A DNA stretch of 64,000 nt from the human T2T-CHM13v2.0 reference genome, Homo sapiens (GCF_009914755.1 NC_060934.1), one strand, 5' to 3'; shown: positions 31,985-50,028, counted from the stretch's first letter. Translations and numbers: made by a program. Notes: generated from the letters alone by a model not told the origin.

Positions 31985-32458
31985 CGTATGTATGTGTGTG
32001 TATGTATGTATATACACACGTATGTGTGTATGTATGTATATACACACATATATGTGTGTATATATGTGTATACACACATATATGTGTGTATATACACATG
32101 CGTGTGTATATATATACACATGCACATATATGCATATATACATATATGTGTATATACATAGATGTGTGTATACACGCATGCACACATATACACATATGTG
32201 TGTGTACACACATGTACACATATACACATATGTGTGTATACACACGCACACATATACACACGTGTGTGTATACATACATGCACACGTGTGTGTATACGTA
32301 TATACATGTGTGTATACGTATATACATGTGTGTATATACGTATATACATGTGTGTATATACGTATATACATATGTGTGTATACGTATATAAGTGTGTGTA
32401 TATACATATATACATATGTGTGTATATACATATGTGTGTGTATATATACATATATATA
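31985..32458. repeat. Alternating purine-pyrimidine (TA/CA/TG) compound microsatellite inside an Alu
   Basis: About 470 bp of TATACACATATGTGTG-type units. Confidence 0.95.
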
Positions 32459-32494
32459 TTTTTTTCTTTTTTTGCTAGAGACAGGGTTTCACCG

Positions 32495-32718
32495 AAACAG
32501 ACAGGAAGGGAGAGAGAGAGACAGACAGACAGAGAAAGAGAATGAGACAGAAGACAGACACAGTGAGACAGGCAGAGAGAGAGAGAGAGAGACAGAGACA
32601 GAGAGAAAGAGACAGACAGAGAAAGAGACAGACAGAGAAAGACAGAGACAGACAGAGAGAGAAGGAGAGAAACAGGCAGAGAGAGAGAGAGCGAGAGAGA
32701 GAGAAACAGAAAGGGAGG
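32495..32718. repeat. (GA/GACA)n purine-rich tract inside the same Alu
   Basis: The Alu text GGGTTTCACC...GGTCTCAAACTCC is split by the tract. Confidence 0.9.
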
Positions 32719-33510
32719 GTCTCAAACTCCTGACCTCAAGTGATCCACCCTCCTAAAGTGCTGGGATTACAGACGTGAGCCACCGCTCCCAGCCTTTTTT
32801 TTTTTTTTAATCAGGCAGGCTCTGAAGCCAGTGTAGGCTCAGAGAGACTCTCTGTACTTTTTTCTATTCAGAACTATAATTTGGTATTCCTACACTCTCC
32901 CAGCGACTCCAAGTTATCTCTCTTCTTGCAACCCACCAGTAGCTGTTTTCTGCCAGAATTTGTGGATGTTTTCTTGTGCATGTACCACTTAGTATTCAGC
33001 CAAAGACTAAGGGAATCCCTTTGTATTTCTTGAGCTCCTTTTCTGTGTACACCTCTACTTTCTTCTATTCCGCTCAAAAATTACAGCCACTACCACCATT
33101 TGGAACTCTGATCTCTGCTTCTTCAGCTCAGCAACATATTTGTATTCTAATTAGGCTTCACCTCTCTGCACCCTGGTTTGGAAAGTGTGCCCGGGCAGAA
33201 AGCTGTGTTGAATACGGAGCACATTTCATGTATTTGCATTTTTCTCAAAGATCACAGGAAGCACTATCTGTTGTTCAATGCCTAGATACAGTCGCTTCAT
33301 ATATTTGCCAATTTTGTTGTTTCTGATGGAAGAGTAAGCCTAATACCTGTTACTTCATCATGGCCACATCTAGAAAGCCTTGGCATTTTTTTTTCTTCTT
33401 TGCTTCTTTTTTTTAAAATTAAAATTAATTATTCTTTCTTCTTTCTTTTTCCAAATCCTTTGCAATGGGCATTCATTTTATAACAATCTGATAATCTCTG
33501 AATTTTAACT

Positions 33511-33695
33511 GCTAACTTTGGGAGGAATTTAGTTTAGAGTTTAACTTGAAAACAAGGATCATAACAGTCCTTCCCTAAAACTAACCCCTTCCTTGCTCAG
33601 GGGCCAAAAACCACCTTTGTCAGACTAATGAAAGGCCACAGGAATAGGATTATGGTAAAGGTCTGAACTCTTATAAGATGTAGACATAGTTAGTT

Positions 33696-33751
<56 letters not shown>

Positions 33752-34401
33752 TCCTTTCTTCCTTCCTTCTTTCCTTTCTTTCTTTTTCTTTTTCTTCCTT
33801 TCCTTTCTTTCCTTCCTTCCTTCCTTTCTTTTTCTTCCTTTCCTTCTTTCTTTCTCTTTCTTTTTCTTTCTTTCTCTCTCTCTTTCTTTCTTTCTTTTAG
33901 ATGTAGACACAGTTTCTATAATCCCTTACTGCTCATGGGTCATGTGGCCAAAGGTCACAAGAGTTGTCACTTTCCCAATTGCTCCTATAGATAACATCAC
34001 TCTAGATGTTATCTATAGTGTAGAACCCAAGATTGGTCTTTTTTGAGATGTTTTTCATATTGACCCCACCCAGACTCCTGAGCCGTGACTCAGCTGGTCC
34101 TGTGGTCCCACCCAGAGGCAGACTCAGCTCATCTCATGAGGATAGTTTCCACATCCCTATGTTTTCATCCCCAACCAAGCTGCAGCACCCATTCCCTAGC
34201 CCCCTGCCCACCAAATTGTCCACAAAATCCCTAAGCTCTGAGCCTTCAGGGAGATTGATCAGGGTGATAACTCCAGTTGTCCTTCATGGGCTGGCCTTGG
34301 GTCAACTGAATTCTTTCTCCACTGCAATGCCATGGTCTCAGTGGCAGGCCTCAGTGATTTTGTCTGTGCAGCAGGCAGGAGGAACCTGTCGGGTGATTAC
34401 A
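33511..34401 (+). mobile_element. ERV1 LTR, MER4/LTR8-group (5'-truncated, interrupted by a TC-rich tract)
   Basis: Colinear with the 3241-3941 element (GCTAACTTTGG..GAATTTAGTTTA...GGGTGATTACA). Confidence 0.8.
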
Positions 34402-34758
34402 TCACTTTCTTTCCTCACTATCACTTTCTGGATCTTGGGTTTTCATTCTGAGACCGTTTTTCTTCTTCCTGAAGTCATTTTTTAGACATTCTTTTGGTGA
34501 AGGTCAGCTGTGGCAGATTCTCTCAGATGTTGTTAGCCTCAAAATAGCTGTATTTTTCCCTCATTCCTGAAAGATAATTCTTCTAGGTACATAATTCAAA
34601 GTGGACAATGATTTATCTAATTCCAGGTTGACAGTTAATGATTTTTTTAGCACATTGAAGATATTATTGATAAATATATTTTCTACCTTTGTTGTTATGA
34701 AATCTGTAGTCTAGTTGTCATTCATCAATAGGAAATTTTTTTTAAAGATGCTTTTAAA

Positions 34759-35097
<339 letters not shown>

Positions 35098-37319
35098 CTA
35101 GGTCTAGAGTCCTTTTTGAACTTTTTTTTTTTTCGTTTTTTTTTTTTTTTTTTGAGACAGGGTCTCATTTTGTCACCCAGGCTGGAGTGCAGTGGCAAAA
35201 ATCTCAGCTCACTGCAGCCTCAACCTGCCAAGCCAACTCAGCCTCCCAAGTAGCTGGGAGTACAGATGTGTGCCACCACATATGGCTAATTTTTGTATTT
35301 TTTGTATAGATGGAGTTTTGCTGTGTTGCCCAGGCTGGTCTCAAACTCCTGGACTCAAGTGCTATGACTGCCTTGGCCTCCCAAAGTGCTAGGATTATAG
35401 GCGTGAGCCACCATGCCCAGACTAGAGTCCTTTTTATTTATCAAGCTTGCTATAAATCATGTTTTGGGCATTCATAAATTTATATCTTTCATCAGAATTG
35501 AAAAATAATCATTAATCCTTTAATTATTCCTTTTTCTATATTCTCACTAATCTCCCAGATATTCATAAATTAGATTTATTCTATTTTGCACATCTGTTAA
35601 TCCCACTTTTATAATTTCCATCTTCTTGTTTTCTCTATTACATTCTAGGTAATTTATTCAGATTCAGCTTCCATGATATAATTCTCCTTTCATCCATGTG
35701 TAATCTGCAGTTTCAGCCATGGCTTTATGAGGTTTTAAAATGTCAACAATTATATTTTTCATTTTCACATACATTGTTTATTTCTATTTTAAAAATTCCA
35801 ATTATTTATGACCGTCTTTGTTGCTTGTTTTGTAATTCCATTTAAAAATTCATAGTATTTCATATAAAGCTATTTTATAATTTGAATATTATAATTCCCA
35901 TATTTGAAGACCATGGAGGTCTAAATCTGTTGTTTGTTGTTCTAACTTAATCACACTGACATTTTTTCTTATGTTTGCTGATCTCTGTTTCTTATTGTAA
36001 GAACAGAGGTATTTATCTTACTCTTTGGGGATCCTGAAGGCTTATATTGGGGATTTTTTCATGCTTTTACTAGAAGCCAACAGGAGCTACCCTTCTGGAA
36101 CTACTTTAGTTTTTTCCAATATTTTTCCTTATTTAGGAATCTCAGGTTCAAGAGACCTGTCTGGAACTAGCCCAAAGTTTGTCTCCAAACAATTGTAAAC
36201 ACTCATATGTCTACATTTACCCTTAGGGCAATACCAAACTCCAAGCCTCTTAATATTCATGCTCCCATGCTGGTTTGAGCCTTTTTTTTTTTTTTTTTTT
36301 TTGGACAATTTGAAGATTTTACTTATTTACTGAAATAAAATGTATTTAAATAAATAAAATAAATAAAATGTATTTAAAATCCTTTTCCAGAATCTCCTTG
36401 TTTTAGAGTAGCAGGGTGCTTTCTAGTATGTAGCCTGTCATACTGACAGAAGTCAAAGTCCTAGGAAGGCCTCTTTTTAGCTTTTTTTTGAAAATGATTT
36501 ATGCATACTTTAGAATCGTAAAGAAGGTAAAATATACATTTGAAAAGTGATTTAGATATATATATTTCAAGAACAGTGAAATCACAGTAAACAAGATGAA
36601 GAAAGGTAAACTAAATGTATATCTTAGTAAAAAAAATCAGATATAAATTTGAAAAAGAAATGATACCACAGTATTACCAATAGAAAGAGGACTAAAATGG
36701 AAACAGATAAGAGTTAGCCTCAGAAGGAGTATTGATACAGAGGCTCTAGATACTTTTTTATTCTGGGTATAACCAGAGGCTGAGAATCCAGGGTTGGCCC
36801 CAGAGCAGAAGCTCCCAGTACAGAAAACGGTGAAATCAGCTGAGATTTTGGTATACATGTGGACCAGTAGGGAGACAAATTGAATATTTCAGATGTTAAA
36901 TGGAGGCGCCTAGTCTCCCCTGGAAGCCGCATGCCAAATTTTGAAGATGCTTGGGGTAGGAGACTGAATACCCAATCTGAAAACCTTTTAAGAGCAGAAC
37001 TTAATTTTCTGAAAACCTTCAAGAAAGGTAACAAACTCCTTTTTCTCAATTTTAAAAGCCCTAGAGGGCCATTCCCAAGGAAAGAGAACAAATCAGAGAC
37101 AGGCTGAGTCTAATCCACTTCTACGATACCCAGGCCCCCATCCTAATCCCACCCATGCTCAGTCCCAGATTGAAATGAGATTATCAGCCCCCTCCTCTAT
37201 CAGCCCGACAGATTAAAGAGTGAATTCTCTATGATGGGCTATAACACCATCTGGAGCATATATGGTACTTTATAAACAATACTGGCATACAGTCAACATT
37301 GTCTGCACATGTGAAGACC

Positions 37320-38035
<716 letters not shown>

Positions 38036-38228
38036 CTTTTTTAAAAGTGATGCATAAGTAGCTGTGCATATTTCAACCAAAGTGAAAACATATCAAAATG
38101 TAAAAGTAATTTTAAGTTTACTTTTTAAAATTTTAATCATTTTCTTTTTAGAAATTTTGGTTCATGGCCGGGCGCGGTATCTCACGCCTGTAATCCCAGA
38201 ACTTTGGGAGGCCGAGGCAGGCAGATCA

Positions 38229-38483
<255 letters not shown>

Positions 38484-39850
38484 TCATGAAAAAGAATTAT
38501 TCTGAGTGAAAAAACAGACAAAGATGAGTACATACTATATTATTTCATTTACATAAAACTCTAAGAAATACAGTAGTGACATAATAGATTATAGATATAA
38601 TGCATCATAGATCATAGATAACAGATAATAGATATAGTGACAGATACAGATCAATAGTTTTAAGGGGAGGATGCCAAGAAAAGACTAAAAAGGAAAACTC
38701 CGCTTTGGTGTGGACTGGACTTAGTGACTGCATCCAAAGAAGACAGTATAGAAAGAAAATAAGTTTATATTGGAGAAACCTGGCAGATATCATCTTAATG
38801 AAGTGATCAAGGTTTGCATCAACCCGGGATCTCTCATATTGACATCATGTACCAGCTGACATGATCCACAGAGAAGGACACCTCACCTCTTGTGGTATTC
38901 TTCCTCAAGTCCCATAACCCTGCTGTAATCATTAGAACACAACAGTGAAACCCAAACTGAGGGGCATTCTACAAAATACCTGACCAGAACTCTTCAAAGT
39001 TTCAAGGTCATGAAGAGCAAGGAAAGCCTGCCACAGGCTGGAGGAGACCAAGAAGACATGGTGACTAAATGCAATGTTGCTTTTTTTTTTTTTTTTTTTT
39101 TTGAGACAGGGTCTTGCTCTGTCACCCAGGCTGGAGCACACTGCAACCTTGAATACCTGAGCTCAAGTGAACTTTCCACTTCAGCCTTCTGAGTAGGTGA
39201 GACTACAGGTGTGCACCACCATGCCCAACTAATTTTTTTTATTTTTGATAGAAAGTAATTTTTTGATTTTGCCCCAGGCTGGTTTCGAACTCGAGCTCAA
39301 TCGATCCTCCCGCTTCAACCTCCCAAAGTGGTGGGATTACAGGCATATCAGACCCTGGAACAAAAAAATGACAATAGTGGAAAAACTGCTAAAATCTAAT
39401 TAAAGTGTATAGTTGAGTAAATAGTATTGTTTCAATGTTAATTTCTTAGTTTTGACAAATGTACAATGGTTATGTTAACATTAAGGGAAGTTGGGTGGAG
39501 GGTATTATCTGCAATTTTTCTGTTGCATCTAAAATCATTCCAAAACAAAAACTTTATTTAACAATTTTATTTATGGATGGGCCAGCATTAAACAAGTATA
39601 AAATGAGTTTCCAAAAAACCCACTAAGAATATCATCACAAATCAAATACTTAGGAATAAATCTAATGAAAGATGTGTGAAACCTGTACATTGGAAACTAT
39701 AGACTATATCACGGTCAAATTTTAAGACCTAAATATCAGAAGGAGGGCCGGGCACAGTGGCTCACACCTGTAATCCCAGTGCTTTAGGAGGCCAAGACAG
39801 GTGGATCATCTGAGGTCAGGAGTTTGAGACTTGCGCGCCCAACATGGTGA

Positions 39851-40231
<381 letters not shown>

Positions 40232-40427
40232 CTAATTATAAAAGAAAAAGAATTGGAGCATCTTAAAATTAAGAATTTATACTCCAAAAGAGAATATATC
40301 ACAAGAATGAAAAGCCAATGCACAGATGAGAGAATATATTCAAAATATAATATGCATATTCTACAGAAGATTCATATCCAAAATATATAAACTATATGTA
40401 AACAACAACTTTATAAATAAGGAATAT

Positions 40428-41229
40428 ACTGTAGTGCCCCCTCGTTCACAGAGGATACATTCCAAGACTTCCAGGGGATGCCTGAAACAACAGATAGTAC
40501 TGAATCTTATGTATACTGCACTGTGCTTTTTCTGATACATAACTTTGATACAGTTTAATTTATAGATTAGGCAAAGTAAGAGATTAATAAAAATGTCTAC
40601 TAATAAAATAGAACAATTATAACAATATACTATAATAAAAGTTAAGTGAACATGATCTGTCTCTCAAAATACAGGAAAGTCCCCCTTATCATGCTTTACT
40701 CTCCTCAGTTCCAGTTATCTTTAGTATAATACAAGAAGATATATTGAGAGAGAGACCACATTCACATAACTTTTATTACAGTATATTGTTATAATTGTTC
40801 TATTTACTTATCCTTTACTGTTGTTAATCTCCCGCTGTGCCAAATTTATAAATTAAACCTTCTTAGGTATGTACGTATATATATATATGTGTGTGTAGGA
40901 AATAGTATATACAAGTTGAGCATCCCTAATTTAAAAATCCAAAATCCAAAATCTGAAACTTTTTGAGTGCTGACATGACACTCAAAGGCAATGCTCATTG
41001 GAGCATTTTGGGTTTCAGATTTTGAACTTTCAGATTAAGGATACTCAACCAGTATGTATTCTGCAATTATTCCAAAATTTGAAAAAATCAAAAATCTGAA
41101 ACACTTCTGGTCCCAAACGTTTCAGATAAGGGATACTTCACCTGTATGGGACTTGGTACCATCAGTGGTTTCAGACATTCACTTGGGGTCTTGGAATGTA
41201 TTCCCCACAGATAAGGAGTGAACTACTGT
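40428..41229. mobile_element. Nested Tigger-family (TcMar) DNA transposon remnants; Tigger4a/MER46-like element at 40912-41144
   Basis: Tigger2-like ends GTAGTGCCCCCT...GGATACATTCCAAGAC and the reverse TCTTGGAATGTATTCCCC...ACTACTG. The inner element CAAGTTGAGCATCCCT...AGGGATACTTCACCTG is flanked by TA. Confidence 0.7.
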
Positions 41230-42621
41230 CTAATGAAATAGAAAGACAACCCAATAGGAAAATGGACAAAAGATGAACAGGTGGCTTTCCAAAAAAAAAC
41301 CCCAAATGGCCAATAAATATGTGAAAAGGTGTTTAACTTCACCAGTTACCTCCAGAATGGCTAAAGTGAAAAAACAAAAAAAAAGCCAAATGTTGGAACT
41401 TCCAGAACACTCCTACACTGATAGTGAGTGTATAAATTGGTACACCTATTTTTGGAAAACTGTTTCACACTATCTACCAAAGCTGAACATATGTATACTC
41501 TATGAGCCAGCAATTCCACTTCTACGTATATACGCAACAGAAATGCACACATATGTTCACTAAAAGGTATATACCAGAATATTTGTTGGAGCATTATTTG
41601 TATGTCAAGTACTGGAAACTATTGCCTAAAAGCCCATTAACAGTCAAATACTAAAATGTAGTTCATTTATACAATGAATAGCACTCATCAATGAGAATGA
41701 ACAGACCACAAACCCATGGAGCAATTTCACAAGCCCAATATTGAACAAAGGAAGCCAGAAAAGAGTACATACTGGGCTAGGCACAGCGACTTATTCCTAT
41801 AATCCCAGCTCTTTGGGAGGCCGAGGCAGGAGGATTGCTTAAGTCCAGGAGTTTAAGAGCAGCCTAGGCAACAATAGCGAGACCTCATTACTACAAAAAA
41901 ATTTAAAAATTAGCTGGGCGTGGTGGCACATATCAGATACTTGGGAGGCTGAGGTAGGAGGATTGCTTGAGCCCAGGAGTTCAAGGTTGCAGTGGGCTAT
42001 GATTGCACCACTGCACTCCAGCATGTGCAACCAAGCAAGACCTCAACTCAAAAAAAGAAGAGTACATATTGTATGACAACAGTTTTTAAAGAATAAGAAC
42101 AAGTAAAACTAATATATTCGGTTAGAAGTCAGGATAGTAGTTTCCCTTGTGGGAAGGAGTGTATAGTGACTTGACCTAGAATGTTGGTTCCATTTGCAAA
42201 AATTCATTTATGCTGAGGTAACAGACGATCTATATTCACAACAACACTTGCTCACCTTATGTATTAATTGAAGGTTAGCAGAATGGCTCAGGTCATCAGA
42301 CTTACTCAGGGACCCAAACTGACAGAGTAGTGTCACCTTGAATGTTTCTGGCTGCCATCCACAGAGAAAAGAGTGCCCAGGAGGGTGCTGTGTCAACACT
42401 CAAATGACCCAGCCTGGGAGTCATATGTATCACTTCTTGTTTTTTGTTTTTTGAGACAGAGTCTTGCTTTGCAGCCTAGGCTGGAGTGCAAATGTGTGTC
42501 GATCACTTCTGCTCACAATTAATTCATTGACTACAACATGCATGTGGTTCCACCCAAACAGTGGGGCCAAGAAGTGAAATGCTACCATATCTAGAAGTGG
42601 AGGGAACCAGAAACGTGGTAA

Positions 42622-43110
<489 letters not shown>

Positions 43111-44077
43111 TAAAATTTTGTTCTTTTGTCTACTGCTTTATATATGAATCTTTACATGGGTTCGAATTTCTGCCATTGTGAATACCATGGGAAGATCCTG
43201 CTTTGAATGCTTTTCTCTGCTTTGGTGATACAACATTTGCTAACTGGACCCATGAGATTTCTTTCATAATTCCTTTGTTCCAAAACTTGCCTGGGTGTGC
43301 TGGTTCACGCCTGTAATCCTAGCACTTCGGAAGGCTGAGGTAGGTAGATGGCTTGAGCCCAGGAGTTCCAGACCAGCCTGGGCAACATGGCAAAATCTTG
43401 TCTCTACAAAAAAATAAAAAATTAGTTGGGCATGGTGGCATGTGCCTGTAGTCCCAGCTACTCAGGAGGTGGAAGGACCATCTGAACCCAGGGAGGTCAA
43501 GGCTGCAGTGAGCTATAATCATGCCACTGCACTCCAGCCTGGGTGACAGAGTGAGATACCCCCATCTAAAAAAAAAAAAAAAAAAAAAAAAGAAACTTAT
43601 TTTGCTAGGTCTTGTTGCTGTTTATTGTTTTGGGGTTTCCTATTAATGCTCCTTTTGGAGCTATTGGTTTAGATGGCTTTAGCCAGTAGGCAGCCATATA
43701 TTTCCTATGTACATTATCTTCTTCTCAGAAAACTCCTAATGCTTTACATTTTGAATGTATTATAACACCAAATGGAAAACAAATATCAGTTTCATCACAT
43801 TGAAATGTGTAGGTTCATAGAGAGTTGAGTCTACCTATTTCACTTAAGATACCATGGCTAGTATTTTATACATTGTGGTATTTTATTAAGATCTACAATA
43901 TTGGCTGGGCACGCTGGCTCACACTTGTAATCCCAGTACTTTGGGAAGCCAAGGTGGTGGATTGCTTGAGGTCAGGAGGTCGAGACCAGCCTGGTCAACA
44001 TGGCAAAACCCCATTTCTACTAAAAATACAAAAATTAGCCAGGCGTGGTGGCATGCGCCTGTAGTCCCAGCTACTCA

Positions 44078-44182
<105 letters not shown>

Positions 44183-45386
44183 TTAAAAAAAAATCTACAA
44201 ATATAAAATTGTTTAAGGCTTTCGGGCATGTGACATTGATGAATCCTAATAACTTAGATAACTCAGGCTCTAAGGAAACTTGGGAATACCCTGTCCAACC
44301 TCTCCTTTTATAGAATTAGAAAATAGAACTTGAGAATTAGTCCAACCTTCTTTTATAGAAGAAGAAAATGAGTGCCAAAGAAATTCAGTGATTTGTAAAA
44401 GGTTGTAAAGCAAATTGATTACCAAAGAAGATGTTCAACATATTTCAAAGGTATAACAATGACTATATTATGGTCCTCAACTTTCTGAAAGGGTGATAGA
44501 TCAGAGAACTGACCAATAGAGTTTGCCAGAATTAATAGCATCAGACAACATGAAAGAGCATTTGTGTAGCAACATCATTATCTGTTTGGAATACCTAGAT
44601 TTTATTTACATCATTAACACTGAATCCAGGAGAGCATCTGTCGAGAAGAAGCTGACTAAGAGAATAAAGGTTTTCAGAAAGATGTACAGAGTAATTTTTA
44701 AGAAAAATTGCAAGGGGGAATTTTTAATGCTAAGGTGCCATCAACTGTAAAGCAACTTGTAGGTTTATTTTCTTTTTTAAAAACTGAATATGTGAAAAAG
44801 AGATGTCATTTATCAGTTTACTGTACTTACTTTATTATTTCTGAATATGAAATGTAACCCCATTCTGTGAATAGGAGCTGTTCTTTGTTTTACACTGTAT
44901 CAGTTTATCAATAGTTTCAAGTTTTCTGCAGTGTGTACTTTCAAATTTTTTCACTCTACATTTCAATTGATGTTGGAAGAACTGTTATTGGATCAAGAAG
45001 ACAATGCTTGAAAAGAAAATTATGTATCTGTGTTACAGGCAAAAGAATAGTCATAAAGCATATGTAATCATATAAGACATTCAACATAACAGTTTTAGTG
45101 ACAAGTGATAGTGTTTGAACTTTTGAAAAGGCATTTAAATGAGAAATCACAAATAAAATAACTATTCCAAAAAAAGTCCAAAATATTTCAAAAAAAATTT
45201 TTGAAAAGCATGTGGATTAACCAAATTATTAAAGATATTCTAATGTTTTATCATCTTTCAAGAGTAGCTGTGTTACTCATCCCATGAACTTTTATACTCT
45301 GAAGAAACAAAAATTCCAATTTAATGATGTAGAACTTCAAAGACTTAGCCGACAAGCATTTGGTTTTCTGTTTTGTTCTGTTTTGA

Positions 45387-45548
<162 letters not shown>

Positions 45549-46041
45549 TAGAGATGAGATCCTGCTACATTGCCCAGGCTGGTCTTGAACTCCTGGCCCA
45601 GTGATCCTCCCACCTTGGCCCCCCAAAGTGTTGGGATTACAGGCATGAACCACCATGCCATGCCCAAGGATTTGTTAAATGCCCGTAATTTGTATAGACT
45701 AAGTAAAAAGGAAGTTTGACATCTATCTTTTAATTACTTACAGAGCCAAGTTAGCATTGACCTTGATTTGTGAGGCACTACAGTGAAATAAGTTAAAACC
45801 AAATTATTGGAATCTCTTGAGTTTAAATTCTTCCACCTACCTGTGGAGTGACTTTGAATAAGGTATTTTATATCTGTATGCTTTATTTTCCCTGTCGTTA
45901 GCTCAGGACTTTGCATAGAGTCCTTGCTCAATAAAGAGTAGTTCCCATCATTGTTCAAAAAATTCATGTAAGTTACTCTGATTTTTTTCCTAAACTGGAA
46001 CTTAAGTGTCTGTACTGTCTTTTTGCAGTAATAACTGCTGA

Positions 46042-46333
<292 letters not shown>

Positions 46334-46355
46334 TAAGCCACCATGCCCAGCCTGC

Positions 46356-47727
46356 ATTTTATATATATATATACATATAATTATATATAATACATAAATA
46401 TATTGTTCTATATAATATATAATATAAATTATATATATAAGTTATATATAATTTATATACAAATTAATTTTTATATCAATTTATATAAATTTATATATAT
46501 ATTTATATACTATATAGATATATAATATATATTTATATACTATATATAATATATATTTATATACTATATAGATAATATATATTTATATACTATATAGATA
46601 TATAATATATATTTATATACTATATAGATATATAAGATATATTTATATACTATATAGATATATAAGATATATTTATATACTATATAGATATATAAGATAT
46701 ATTTATATACTATATAGATATATAAGATATATTTATATACTATATAGATATATAAGATATATTTATATACTATATAGATATATAAGATATATTTATATAT
46801 GATATAGATTTATATAAGATATATTTATATACGATATAGATTTATATAATATATATTTATATACTATATAGATTTATATAATATATATTTATATACTATA
46901 TAGATTTATATATAATATATATTTATATACTATATAGATTTATGTAATATATATTTATATACTATATAGATTTATATATAATATATATTTATATACTATA
47001 TAGGTTTATATATAATATTTTGTATACTATATATTTATATATAATATATAGTATACTATATAATATATAAATATATTTGTATACTAATATATTTATATGT
47101 AATATATATTTGTACACTAATATATTTATATAGTATACTGTGTATTTATATAGTATATAAATATATACTATATAAGTATATACAGTATATATAGTATATA
47201 AGTATATATTATATAGTATATAAGTATATAGTATATATAGTATATAAGTATATAGTATATATAGTATATAAGTATATAGTATATATAGTATATATAGTAT
47301 ATAAGTATATAGTATATATAGTATATAAGTATATAGTATATATAGTATATAAGTATATAGTATATATAGTATATATAGTATATAAGTATATAGTATATAA
47401 GTATATAGTATATATAGTATATATTATATATAGTATATATAGTATATAAGTATATAGTATATATAGTATATAGTGTATATAGTATATATAGTATATAGTA
47501 TATATAGTATATAAGTGTATAGTATATATAGTATATATAGTATATTAGTATATATAGTATATATAGTATATACGTATATAGTATATATATATTTATATTT
47601 ATAAATATATTTATATATATAAATATATATTTATATGGTATATATAATATATATATACCGTATATTTATATACGGTATATATATATGTAATATATACCGT
47701 ATATTTATATTATATAGTGTATATATA
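46356..47727. repeat. About 1.4-kb AT-rich compound minisatellite
   Basis: 30-bp unit TATATAGATATATAAGATATATTTATATAC repeated, then about 32-bp variants, then AGTATATA(T)A-type units. Confidence 0.95.
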
Positions 47728-48549
<822 letters not shown>

Positions 48550-48606
48550 CATAGAAACAGCTTTCCATTGCCACCTAGCTATAAATAACTCCTTTCTGGT
48601 TATTCT

Positions 48607-48895
48607 TTTTTTTTTTTTTTTTTGAGACGGAGTCTCGCTCTGTCACCCAGGCTGGAGTGCAGTGGCGCGATCTCGGCTCACTGCGAGCTCTGCCTCCTGG
48701 GTTCACGCCATTCTGCCTCAGCCTCTCCGAGTAGCTGGGACTACAGACGCCCGCCACCAAGCCCAGCTAATTTTTTTTTTCTTATTTTTAGTAGAGACAG
48801 GGTTTCACCGTGGTCTCGATCTCCTGACCTCGTGATTCGCCCGCCTCGGCCTCCCAAAGTGCTGGGATTACAAGCGTGAGCCACCGCGCCCGGCC
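48607..48895 (-). mobile_element. AluYd-type element
   Basis: Plus strand GGTTTCACCGTGGTCTCGATC shows the same 12-bp deletion; TSD TCCTTTCTGGTTATTCT on both sides. Confidence 0.7.
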
Positions 48896-49326
48896 TCCTT
48901 TCTGGTTATTCTATTAAAAATTATTTCTTACAGTCACCTAACATAGACAATAGTAATTATTTTTTCTATTTGTTTCCTGAAAACTAGAAGAAAACATCAC
49001 GCATTCAGGCAAAAATAGATCAGCATTAAAATATGATTTTGAGGGTTTATGAAAAAGAGTCACTCCTTTAAAAATCAAAAATGATGCTGAAGATATTTAA
49101 TTCCTACATCCTCTCAAACCGACTTTTTTTTTTTTCCTTTTTGAGACAGGGTCTCTCTTGCCCAGGCTGGAGTGGAGTGGTGTGATCGTGGTTCATGGCA
49201 GCCTGGACCACCCGAGTCCAAGCGATATACCCACCTCAGCCTCTTGAGTAGCTGGGACCACAGGCTTGCACCACCACAGCTGGCTATTTTATTTTATTTA
49301 TTTATTTATTTATTTATGTATTTTGA

Positions 49327-49670
<344 letters not shown>

Positions 49671-50028
49671 TAGGCTCAAATGATCCTTCCACCTTGGCCT
49701 TCCAAAATGGTGGGATTACAGGGGTGGACCACCACACCCAGCCTTGCCTATTTATATGTTAACTAATCAATTAATTCTATTGTCATTTGGGAAAAGATCT
49801 CATAAATTTAAAATCCTACTTACATCATTCTGAGTGCAGCTTTATTCTTGAAATGTCTATCCAGGAGGCTGGGCGCAGTGGCTCACACCTGTATTCCCAG
49901 CGCTTTGGGAGGCCAAGGCCAGCAGATCAACTGAGCTCAGGAGTACGAGATCAGCCTGGCCAGCCTGGCGAAACCCCTTCTCTACTAAAAATACAAAATT
50001 AGCTAGGCGAGGTGATGCATGCCTGTAA

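Noticed and set aside
31930-32756. Longest ORF (264 aa) and overlapping Y/T/H/C/V-rich ORFs
   Set aside because: Stop-free translation of RY and GA microsatellites.
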